From positions 128,001-192,000 of the forward strand of contig CAVYLP010000006.1 of NCBI GenBank assembly GCA_963769425.1: a stretch of 64,000 bases of DNA, given 5' to 3'. This document shows, in pieces, positions 28,541-36,875 of the stretch (position 1 is its first letter; each line of letters begins with the position of its first letter). Position numbers and translations under genes: made by a program. The stretch is from Candidatus Bathyarchaeota archaeon (GTDB lineage: Archaea > Thermoproteota > Bathyarchaeia > TCS64). The notes under the pieces were generated by a model, which saw only the letters and a program-made list of their open reading frames with translations, ran no database searches and was not told where the DNA came from.

Positions 28541-29025
28541 TGCTTTGCCCCCCTGAGCCTCTCGGCGAGGCGGGTCCTCTCAGCTATCTTCGCGAGGTCG
28601 GCGATGGGCGGGGATGGTAGGAGCCTGAGGTTTAAGGCCAGCCTCTGCCTCTCAGTCGCCCCGGTGAGGGGAAAGGCGAACCCCGTCGAGACGATCTGAT
28701 TGACCTCCGCCAGGATGGTCGGGTGCACCCAACCGGCGTCGAGGGCATCACCCTTCAGCGTCTCTATGAAGTGGATGGGGGAGACCTCGTAGGGGCACGT
28801 CTCCTCGCACTTGTGGCAGCTGACGCAGAGCCAGATGTTGGGGTTCGAAGCCCCCTTCTCGGATGCGAGGCAGTCATAGACGAATGTGTATCGGGGGTTG
28901 AACCTGTGGTCATTCATGACGTGGCAGCTGTGCGCCACGGTGCAGCAGACGCCGCACTTTAGGCATACCTCGGCGGCTCCGCGCCTACCGCCCTCGTCGT
29001 CCCGGTAAACGGCCCTGATCGCCAA
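28537..29025 (-). CDS. hdrC: Heterodisulfide reductase subunit C-like 2x[4Fe-4S] protein
   Basis: CLKCGVC..C and IWLCVSCHKCEETCP; ATGA overlap with hdrB. Confidence 0.8.
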   Translation of the reverse strand: MAIRAVYRDDEGGRRGAAEVCLKCGVCCTVAHSCHVMNDHRFNPRYTFVYDCLASEKGASNPNIWLCVSCHKCEETCPYEVSPIHFIETLKGDALDAGWVHPTILAEVNQIVSTGFAFPLTGATERQRLALNLRLLPSPPIADLAKIAERTRLAERLRGAKQ

Positions 29026-29077
29026 CTGGATCGGGGTAGAATGAGGTGGTGACCGCTTTAACGGTTTAGCAGCGGGG

Positions 29078-29293
29078 CTACTTCTTCTTCGTCTTCTCCG
29101 CCTTCTTGCGGAGGTACCATGTCTCGCCCTTGGGACTCGTGTCTATGACGAACTCCGGGTTGTAGGCGAGCATCTCCTTGACGAACTCGCGCATCTTTAT
29201 CTGGACGCCGTCGCTCCTTACGATGTCCTCGTCTAGGTTTATAACGACCTTTCTTCCCTTGTCGAGCTTCGATGGCATGAGGATCACCAACAA
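29078..29293 (-). CDS. Small hypothetical protein
   Basis: ORF with host-like codon usage upstream of hdrC; may start at ATG 29278. Confidence 0.55.
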   Translation of the reverse strand: MLVILMPSKLDKGRKVVINLDEDIVRSDGVQIKMREFVKEMLAYNPEFVIDTSPKGETWYLRKKAEKTKKK

Positions 29294-29367
29294 TATTGGT
29301 GGCCCTGTTTAAGTTTTTTATGAGTCTAGGGTCCATCGAAGTTCGAAAACGTAACAAAACTATTGGT

Positions 29368-30834
29368 CTAGATGGCGTCGTCGCCGAGTTCTTCTTTAGT
29401 TAGCGTCTCAGTCTCCTCGACCCGCTTCCCCCTGAGGAACGATGGGACGATTGCACACGCGTTTATGACCGCCATCCAGAGGTATGCGTGATTGATGCCC
29501 GCGGCGAAGAGTGAGATCTCCGACGCGTTTATGGCTATATTGGAGCTTATGACTCCGCTGACTATGCGGTACGGGACCGTGAAGGTCATCACCAGTATGG
29601 CGAGGTTGATGCTGATCACAGAGCCGGTTTGGAAGAAGACTGCTCTCACCGCGGAGGCTATACCCCTGCGATCCGAGGGGACGGATCCCATCAAGGAACT
29701 CATGTTCGGCGAGCTGAACAGCCCGACGCCCGCGCCGAATATTGCGAGGTATATGAGCATCAGATAGTAGGGCGTAGTCGCTGTCGTCGTCGAGAATAGA
29801 AAGAGGGAAGCGCTGCTGAGGGCTAAGCCCACGGTCGTGAAGGGGGTGTGGCCGTACTTGTCGGAGAACCTGCCGCTGAGGGGGCCGACGAGGAGGAAGG
29901 CTATGTCGATGGGGAGTATGCGCACGCCCGCGTCGAAGGGTGAGAGGCCCTGTACCAGCTGGAAGTAGAGGCTCAGGAGAAGAGCGACGGCGCCCCACGC
30001 GATGCTGTTGAGGAACTGCGCTGTGACGCCGCCCGTGAACTCCTTTATGGCGAGAATCTTCAGGTCGAGGAGGGGGTGCGTATGCCTCCGTTCCTGCCAG
30101 ATGAATGCTACGAAAAATATCACTGTGATTATGGTGAGTCCGTAGACGAGGTTCCTGTCGGTCATACCGTAGGCGTCGAAGGTGAGGGCGAGGAGGAGGC
30201 TGACGATGGCGGTTGTGAATGTGCCAAAGCCTATCCAGTCCATCGGCGCCTCCTTCTCGACGCGGGCGATCTCTTTGAGCCTCTTCTGGGCCCAGAATGT
30301 GCCGAAGATGCCGATTGGGACGTTGATGTAGAAGAGTGCCCTCCAGTCGAGGAAGGCGAGGATGATGCCGCTGAGGGTGAGGCCCCCCATCATGCCGAAG
30401 CGCAGGGCTATCTGGTTTATGCCGAGGGCGAGGCCGAGGCTCTTCTTCGGCGTCGCGTCCACGATCATGGCGGCGCTGTTCGTCATCAACATCGCCCCAC
30501 CGATGCCCTGGAGGCCCCTGAATAGGATGACCTGTGTGGGGCTCTGGGAGAGGCTGACGAGGAGGGAGCCGATGGTGAAGACGCCGAAACCCGCCGTGTA
30601 TATCTTGACTCGCCCCACTATGTCTGTGGCCCTGCCGATTAGCAGGAGACTTATAGTGCTGAACAGGACGTAAGCCTGCGTGAACCAGACGGCCTGCTCC
30701 GCGTCCGCGCCGAGGGCCGCTGCGACCTGCGGGAGGCCGATGATGACTATCCTCGTGTCGAGGCCGGACATGAGGACGCCAACAGTAGTGACCGTGAGGA
30801 CCGTCCACTTGTACTCCAATGGGCTACACCTCAC
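29368..30834 (-). CDS. MFS transporter, DHA2/EmrB-like (14 TM)
   Basis: LDTRIV, RGLQGIGGA, WRALFYINVPIG, PLLDL. Confidence 0.9.
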   Translation of the reverse strand: MRCSPLEYKWTVLTVTTVGVLMSGLDTRIVIIGLPQVAAALGADAEQAVWFTQAYVLFSTISLLLIGRATDIVGRVKIYTAGFGVFTIGSLLVSLSQSPTQVILFRGLQGIGGAMLMTNSAAMIVDATPKKSLGLALGINQIALRFGMMGGLTLSGIILAFLDWRALFYINVPIGIFGTFWAQKRLKEIARVEKEAPMDWIGFGTFTTAIVSLLLALTFDAYGMTDRNLVYGLTIITVIFFVAFIWQERRHTHPLLDLKILAIKEFTGGVTAQFLNSIAWGAVALLLSLYFQLVQGLSPFDAGVRILPIDIAFLLVGPLSGRFSDKYGHTPFTTVGLALSSASLFLFSTTTATTPYYLMLIYLAIFGAGVGLFSSPNMSSLMGSVPSDRRGIASAVRAVFFQTGSVISINLAILVMTFTVPYRIVSGVISSNIAINASEISLFAAGINHAYLWMAVINACAIVPSFLRGKRVEETETLTKEELGDDAI

Positions 30835-31054
30835 TCACAGCTTCGCGCAGTCGCTGTGCAGAGTTGTTCGAGAAAGTAAGCATAGATGTAGAGGGGGCTA
30901 TTATCGTTATTTACAATTTTCTGTATTCTTCATTTTTAGGCTGGCTCAATGGGCCTGATTCAAGTCTTGGGGGCCGTATTTCGCTCTGTTCGTTAATCAG
31001 ATAGCGATATAATGAGTCGTGTGAAGTATAACCTAGACCTCGGGCTGATGACAT

Positions 31055-33988
31055 TTGTCTAGGAAAGGGCTCTCCCAGAAGAAGGACTTGGAAAAGGTGG
31101 GGCGGACAGAGTTTCCGGTCGTGGGCATCGGGGCCTCGGCCGGTGGCCTCGAGGCCATACAAGCGCTTCTTAAGGGTCTCCCCCAGGACACGGGGATGGC
31201 CTTCGTTATCGTGCCCCACCTCTCAGCCGAGCACAAAAGCGCACTCGCCGAGATTCTCTCCCGGAACACGGGCATGCCCGTTAACGAGGTCGCGGGGAAG
31301 ACGACCATCGAGCCAAACCGGATATACATCATCCCGCCCAACCACAACCTCTCGATTAAGAATGGCGCTCTGATCCTAGAGCAGGTGGATAAGGAGGCTA
31401 AGCTGCCGCGCCTCTCGATAGACCACTTCCTCACCTCCCTCGCCGAGCAGGAGAAGGACAGGGCGATTGGGGTCATACTCTCTGGCACGGGCTCGGACGG
31501 CACGAAGGGTGTGCAAGCCATAAAGGCGGAGGGAGGCATCACCTTCGCGCAGAGCGAGGAGACGGCGAAGTTCCCGGAGATGCCGAGGAACGCGGTGGTC
31601 TCGGGGAAAGTGGACTACATTCTCTCCCCCGGGGAGATCGCTGTGAATCTCGTCAAGATAAAGCCGAGGATTGAGTACCTCACCGGGACACACGATGAGT
31701 ACACTGACCCCTCGAAGGAGAACGCCTTCCAGAGAGTCATCGCAACCCTAAGGACCCAGAAGGGCATCGACCTCAGCCACTACAGGCGCTCTACTCTCAA
31801 CCGCAGAATAAACCGGCGGATGATACTCAGGAGCATAGACAAGATCGAGGACTACGCGTACCTCCTCAACGGGGACGCGAAGGAGGTGGAGGCCCTCTTC
31901 CAGGACGCCCTCATAAACGTTACAAACTTCTACAGGGACAAAGAGGCCTTCGAGGCTCTTAAGGCGAAGGTCTTCCCGAGCATCGTCAAGGACAAGGACA
32001 TCTCTAGGTCGGTGAGGATCTGGGTCCCCGCGTGCTCGACAGGGGAGGAGGCCTACACCATCGCGATGTCCCTCTTCGAGTACCTGGGCGACCAGAGGAA
32101 GGATGTCGCCATCCAGATCTTCGCCACGGACGTTAACGATCAGACCATCGCGAAGGCGAGGATCGGCGTCTACGGCGTGAACGCCGTCGAGGAACTCCCC
32201 GCCGATGTTCTGAGCCGCTACTTCACGCAGACGCAGCCGGGGCAGTACCAGGTCAAGAAGAGCATAAGGGACGTCTGCATATTCGCTAAGCACGACCTCC
32301 TCACTAACCCGCCCTTCGCCAACATGGACCTGATAAGCTGCAGGAACCTCCTCATCTACCTTGACGACACGCTGCAGGAGAGGGTGTTCACCCTCTTCCA
32401 CTATTCGCTGAAGAGCCACGGCTACCTGATGCTGGGGAAGTCGGAGTCCGCGGCACGCTTCAGGGACCTCTTCGAGGACGTGGATAAGTCGAACAAGATC
32501 TACGCCAAGAAGGCCTCGACGAGGGGGAGGAACGCCATACCGTATCTCCAGCCCTCGGACTTCAGGCCCGAGTGGGTGACAGCCCCTGTCGGGGTGGTAG
32601 AGAGGAAGGACTTCGCCTCGACACTCCAAAGGGAGACGGACCGCCTGATACTAAGCGAGCTTACGCCCCCCGGCGTGGTCGTCAATAGTGAGTTCGACAT
32701 ACTCCAGTTCCGAGGAAAGACCGGCCTCTTCCTCGAGCCCGCCTCGGGCTCGCCGAGCTTCAACCTGATGAAGATGGCCAGGGGCTCCCTCGGCGTGAAG
32801 CTTAGACTCGGCGTTGAGCGAGCAAAGAAGGAGGGGGTCCTCGTCGCCATTGAGGACGTTGAGGTTAGGCGGAACGGGGGCACGGCCCGTGTCGATGTCG
32901 AGGTCCGCCCGTTCAGGTTGGCCGACGACGAGGAGAGGTTCTACCTCATCGCCTTCAGGGAGAGGGGCGCGGCGAAGGAGGGAAACCAGGAGGTGGAGGA
33001 GGCCACTCTAACCGAGGAGCACAGGGACGCCGAGATAACCCGGCTCAAGAAGGAGCTCGAGGAGACGCGGGCGTACCTCCAGACCTACGTCGAGGAGAAG
33101 GACGCGAACACAGAGGAGTTGCGGTCGGCGAACGAGGAGCTACAGGCGAACTACGAGGAGCTTCAGAGCATAAACGAGGAGCTCCAGACCGCCCGCGAGG
33201 AGTTGCAGGCGTCGAACGAGGAGCTGAGGACCGTCAACGAGGAGCTCGCCGCCAGGAACGCGGAGATCAGCGACGTCTACAACGTGCTGGAGAACATGAT
33301 CAACAGCTCGAACCTACCTATCATCATGGTGGATGGCAACCTAAGGATCAGGAGGGTGACCCCCACGGCTCGCAGGGTCTTCAAAATGATACCCAGCGAC
33401 GTCGGGCGCCCCCTCGGCGACCTCAAGCTCAATCTCAGGCTCCCCAACCTCCTCGAGCTGGTGGGCAACACCCTCACCACCTTCACCTCTAAAACTATGG
33501 AGGTGCAGGACAACGACGGCCGCTGGTACAGCATGAGTATACAGCTCTACAGGACGACGGAGAACAGGATAGACGGTGCCGTCATCACATTCGTCGACAT
33601 CGATAATCTGAAGAGGGCGGAAGCATCGGCTCAGCGACTTGCAGCTGTACTGGCTCAGTCTGACGACGCCATAACGACTCTGGACGATGAGGGTAAGATA
33701 ACGGCGTGGAACAGGGGGGCGGAGGAGATGTACGGCTACGCCACCTACGAGGCGATGGGCATGAACATCTCAGCCCTCACCCCGCCGGGGGACCTGCCCG
33801 AGATGATCGGGGCCCTCGGAAAGGTGAAGAGGGGTGAGTTCGTCCCGCAGTTCAGGTCGAGGCGCCTCACGAGGACCGGCAAGACAATCGAAGTCATGCT
33901 TACCCTGACGAAGCTCGTGGACGACTCGGGGAAGACGATCGCGATAGCCAGCCTCGAGAGTCGCGTCCACGACGGCTCACACAAGTGA
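31055..33988 (+). CDS. CheB-CheR fusion with PAS and coiled-coil domains, no kinase domain
   Basis: CheB triad GASAGG/VPHL/GSDG; CheR NVTNFYRD, ACSTGEEAY, CRNLLIY; EELxxx heptads; two C-terminal PAS domains. Confidence 0.9.
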   Translation: MSRKGLSQKKDLEKVGRTEFPVVGIGASAGGLEAIQALLKGLPQDTGMAFVIVPHLSAEHKSALAEILSRNTGMPVNEVAGKTTIEPNRIYIIPPNHNLSIKNGALILEQVDKEAKLPRLSIDHFLTSLAEQEKDRAIGVILSGTGSDGTKGVQAIKAEGGITFAQSEETAKFPEMPRNAVVSGKVDYILSPGEIAVNLVKIKPRIEYLTGTHDEYTDPSKENAFQRVIATLRTQKGIDLSHYRRSTLNRRINRRMILRSIDKIEDYAYLLNGDAKEVEALFQDALINVTNFYRDKEAFEALKAKVFPSIVKDKDISRSVRIWVPACSTGEEAYTIAMSLFEYLGDQRKDVAIQIFATDVNDQTIAKARIGVYGVNAVEELPADVLSRYFTQTQPGQYQVKKSIRDVCIFAKHDLLTNPPFANMDLISCRNLLIYLDDTLQERVFTLFHYSLKSHGYLMLGKSESAARFRDLFEDVDKSNKIYAKKASTRGRNAIPYLQPSDFRPEWVTAPVGVVERKDFASTLQRETDRLILSELTPPGVVVNSEFDILQFRGKTGLFLEPASGSPSFNLMKMARGSLGVKLRLGVERAKKEGVLVAIEDVEVRRNGGTARVDVEVRPFRLADDEERFYLIAFRERGAAKEGNQEVEEATLTEEHRDAEITRLKKELEETRAYLQTYVEEKDANTEELRSANEELQANYEELQSINEELQTAREELQASNEELRTVNEELAARNAEISDVYNVLENMINSSNLPIIMVDGNLRIRRVTPTARRVFKMIPSDVGRPLGDLKLNLRLPNLLELVGNTLTTFTSKTMEVQDNDGRWYSMSIQLYRTTENRIDGAVITFVDIDNLKRAEASAQRLAAVLAQSDDAITTLDDEGKITAWNRGAEEMYGYATYEAMGMNISALTPPGDLPEMIGALGKVKRGEFVPQFRSRRLTRTGKTIEVMLTLTKLVDDSGKTIAIASLESRVHDGSHK

Positions 33989-33992
33989 GCCG
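33973..33992. terminator. Perfect 8-bp hairpin between convergent genes
   Basis: CGGCTCAC-ACAA-GTGAGCCG overlapping the cheBR stop codon. Confidence 0.35.
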
Positions 33993-34014
33993 GATTGGGG
34001 GCCTAGTTGGTCCG

Positions 34015-35295
34015 TCAGAACTTAATGTGGGGCGCCCAGTCGTAGGGCTTGGCCTTCGGGTGCTCGTCCTCGACCCGCGTGAGGAAGTTGATGCCGTAGA
34101 CGCGTTCCCCGTTCTTGGGCGGCCCCTGCTTCGTGGCGGGGCAGCCGTAGGCGACGGCGAAGTCGAAGATGGGGTCGTCGGTGCAGCCGCCGGCTCGGAC
34201 GCTGGGGATGGCGACTATGCCGTGTGACTTGGCGTACTCGATGGCCTCGCGGCTCTCCGTCATCGTCCCCACTTGGTTGGGCTTGAAGATGAAGGCCTCG
34301 CAGACCTTCATCCTCGCCGCCTTCTTGAGCATCTCGATGTTCGTAACCGTTAGGTCGTCGCCGACGAGCATGGTCCTGTTGAGCATCTTGGCGGCCTTCT
34401 TCCAGCCGTCCCAGTCGTTCTCCTCGAGTGGGTCCTCGACGTAGAGGAAGGGGTACTTCGTCGTCAGCTCCTTGAGGTAGTCGAGGAGGGCGTCGGCGTC
34501 GACATTCTCCCCTATGAAGTCGTATGTGCCCTTCTCCCTGTCGTAAAACTCGCTGGCGGCGACGTCGGTGGCGAAGGCGACCTTCTCCTCAGCGCCGAGG
34601 CGGCGAGCGGCCTCGTACATGAGGTCGAAGGCGACCGTCGGGTCCTGGCTGGGTGACTGCCACCCGGTGAGGCTTCCCGCCTTCGGGGCCTCGCCGTGCA
34701 TGTAGTCCTTGATGACGGCGGGGGTGATCGCGAATAGCTGGTACATGATGTGAACCGCCTCCTTGATGGACTCGGCCTTGTAGGGGACGACTGTGATCTC
34801 CTGGAAGGGCATAGAGCCCTTCTGGTAGCTGCCGCCGCTAATGCAGTTGACTGTAGGGAAGGGGATGGTTTTGATGGGAGCAGGGTTGAGGTGCTGGTAG
34901 AGGGGCACGTTCTCAGTCGCCGCTGCGGCGCGTATGCAGGCGAGGGAGACGCTGCAGAGGGTGTTGCCACCGAGCTTGGACTTGTTCGGCGTGCCGTCGA
35001 GGTCGATCATCATCCTGTCGATGGCCTCCTGATCCATCACGTCCATGCCCCTGAGCTTCGGGGCGATGGTCCTGTGGACGAGATCGCAGGCCTTGTAGAC
35101 ACTGAGCCCGTCGTACCACATGGGGTCATTGTCGCGGAGGACGTAAGCCTCGTGTTCCCCAGCGGATACGCCTGAGGGTGCGGAGCCGCGTCCGAGGACA
35201 CCAGCCTCGGTCACCACGTCTACCTCTACCATCGGCTTGCCCTTGGCGTCGAGAATCTGTCTCGCCTTTATGGATTTGATGCTCGTGTTACCCAT
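34015..35295 (-). CDS. Enolase homologue with altered catalytic motifs
   Basis: ARQILDAKGKP, DGTPNKSKLGGN, DVAASEFY, VEDP, VGDDL, KPNQVGT retained; GGxH, GDEGG and SHRSGE motifs substituted. Confidence 0.85.
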   Translation of the reverse strand: MGNTSIKSIKARQILDAKGKPMVEVDVVTEAGVLGRGSAPSGVSAGEHEAYVLRDNDPMWYDGLSVYKACDLVHRTIAPKLRGMDVMDQEAIDRMMIDLDGTPNKSKLGGNTLCSVSLACIRAAAATENVPLYQHLNPAPIKTIPFPTVNCISGGSYQKGSMPFQEITVVPYKAESIKEAVHIMYQLFAITPAVIKDYMHGEAPKAGSLTGWQSPSQDPTVAFDLMYEAARRLGAEEKVAFATDVAASEFYDREKGTYDFIGENVDADALLDYLKELTTKYPFLYVEDPLEENDWDGWKKAAKMLNRTMLVGDDLTVTNIEMLKKAARMKVCEAFIFKPNQVGTMTESREAIEYAKSHGIVAIPSVRAGGCTDDPIFDFAVAYGCPATKQGPPKNGERVYGINFLTRVEDEHPKAKPYDWAPHIKF

Positions 35296-35316
35296 AGTTC
35301 GCGCCCCTTTCGCGAA

Positions 35317-36717
35317 CTATTCCTTATCGGGGATATATAAGACGTTGAAGTCGCAGAGGTTCGTCCCTGTGTTGCCAGTGAAGACGGTACACCCGAGTTT
35401 AGATAGGGCTTCGTAGGTGGCGTGTCCACGGAGGGACCCCTGCAGGTCGATGCTTGCGGTTGCCGCTTGGCGGTAGGTCTCTGAGTCGGTGATGCCGCCC
35501 GCCATATTCGTTGTGCCGTCCGTCCCCTCCGTGTCGATGGAGAGCACACAGGCCCCAGGTACCTCCCTCGCGACTATCGCGAACCCGGTCACCAACTCCT
35601 GCGAGGGCCCGCCGTGCCCCTTGATCTCACGGTTGTTGAGGATGCGGGTCGAGGTCTCCCCCGCAGTGAAGATGAGGCAGGGCGGTGCAATGGGCTGGTG
35701 GAAGCGCTGTACCTCCTTGGCGATGCCTGCGAGGAATATTCCCGCGTCCTTACTTTCCCCTTCGAGGCTGGTGGTAAGGGTCATGTGGTTGATCCCCATA
35801 TACGAGGCGATCTCGGCGGCGTAACGGCAGGAGTCGGATAAGATGTTGAGTATGAAGTAGGTGGCGCGGGCGATTGACTTCGGTGTCTCCTGCGCCTCCG
35901 TACCGTTGAAGATGTACGACTCCACGCTTTTCGGCAATCGCCCGACTAAGTCATGCTCTCTGATGATCCTCTGCGCGTCGGCGAACGTGGAGTAGTCGGG
36001 GCCGATGGGCGTGCCACGCATCGTCACGGGCTCCCCGTAATCCTCGATGGGTGGCCAATCGAGGGCGTCCCAGATGTTTATGCCGATCATCTCGGCTCCC
36101 CGCCTCTCGATGCGCTGCCCCAGCCGCCCGCGGTTCATCTGTGATATGTGGCCCCTTATGGTGTTGATGTCCATGACCCGGATGTTCGACTTGAGCATGG
36201 TGTCGGTGGCCGCCATCTTCTCCTCAAGGGTGATCCCGTCCACCGGGTACGCCATCAGCGCCGTGCTGCCGCCGCTCATGCAGAAGATGAACAGATCGTC
36301 CCTTTCCGCGTTGTCGACGATCTCAAGCATCCTCCGGCTGCCCCGTATCCCCTCGTGGTTTGGCAGCGGGTGGCCGCCGACGAACACTTCCGTGTTGGCG
36401 TAGTGGTCAGTCTCCTCCACGATCTTCACAATAGCGACGCCCTTGGTCAGCCGGTTGCCCAGGATCTCATCCATCGCCATGGCCATGTGGTTCGCCGCCT
36501 TCCCCGCGGAGAAGACGTAAACGTAACGTTTCCGAGATAAGTCCCAATAGCGGTTGCCGATGTGGAGAATACCCCCCTCAACGCTGACGAAGGCCCTGAG
36601 TCGCTCATAGGCGTCCAGCCTCTGCAGGACCCGTTCCGTGACCTCCAGGACGACGCGGCGTGAGTCGGCCACCCCGTGGGCGAGGAGTTCATCACTGTTG
36701 CGAATCTTCACCGGCAA
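35317..36717 (-). CDS. Glycerate-2-kinase-like (DUF4147/MOFRL) protein, divergent
   Basis: AGKAA..MA, GHPLP, SGG, DTEGTDG, TGNTGTNLCD. Confidence 0.85.
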   Translation of the reverse strand: MPVKIRNSDELLAHGVADSRRVVLEVTERVLQRLDAYERLRAFVSVEGGILHIGNRYWDLSRKRYVYVFSAGKAANHMAMAMDEILGNRLTKGVAIVKIVEETDHYANTEVFVGGHPLPNHEGIRGSRRMLEIVDNAERDDLFIFCMSGGSTALMAYPVDGITLEEKMAATDTMLKSNIRVMDINTIRGHISQMNRGRLGQRIERRGAEMIGINIWDALDWPPIEDYGEPVTMRGTPIGPDYSTFADAQRIIREHDLVGRLPKSVESYIFNGTEAQETPKSIARATYFILNILSDSCRYAAEIASYMGINHMTLTTSLEGESKDAGIFLAGIAKEVQRFHQPIAPPCLIFTAGETSTRILNNREIKGHGGPSQELVTGFAIVAREVPGACVLSIDTEGTDGTTNMAGGITDSETYRQAATASIDLQGSLRGHATYEALSKLGCTVFTGNTGTNLCDFNVLYIPDKE

Positions 36718-36758
36718 TGGCCTTTCCCCCTTTTCTCTTCTCTTTGGGAGATAAGGTT

Positions 36759-36834
36759 TGGTGGACTGGGCGAGATTTGAACTCGCGACTTCCTGATTGC
36801 AAGTCAGGCGATCATACCACTGATCTACCAGCCC
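36759..36834 (-). tRNA. tRNA-Ala(UGC), intronless, CCA encoded
   Basis: Reverse complement GGGCTGG..CCAGTCC-A-CCA with G3:U70; anticodon arm CCTGA-CTTGCAA-TCAGG; GTTCAAAT T-loop. Confidence 0.95.
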
Positions 36835-36875
36835 GCCGAAGATACTGCATGGAGTCCAGATTTTAACCTATTGGG

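Noticed and set aside
29408-30808. Long alternative-frame and antisense ORFs (e.g. 466 aa here; 43920-44906; 31748-32629)
   Set aside because: Shadows of GC-rich real genes with Arg/Pro/His-biased composition and no recognisable motifs
33100-33260. Tandem DNA repeat or CRISPR-like periodicity (AACGAGGAGCT every 21 bp)
   Set aside because: It is the coding heptad repeat of the CheBR coiled coil; there is no spacer structure and no cas genes
33990-36758. attR duplicate for an island at tRNA-Ala(UGC)
   Set aside because: I found no same-orientation copy of that tRNA's 3' end downstream, so island status rests only on position
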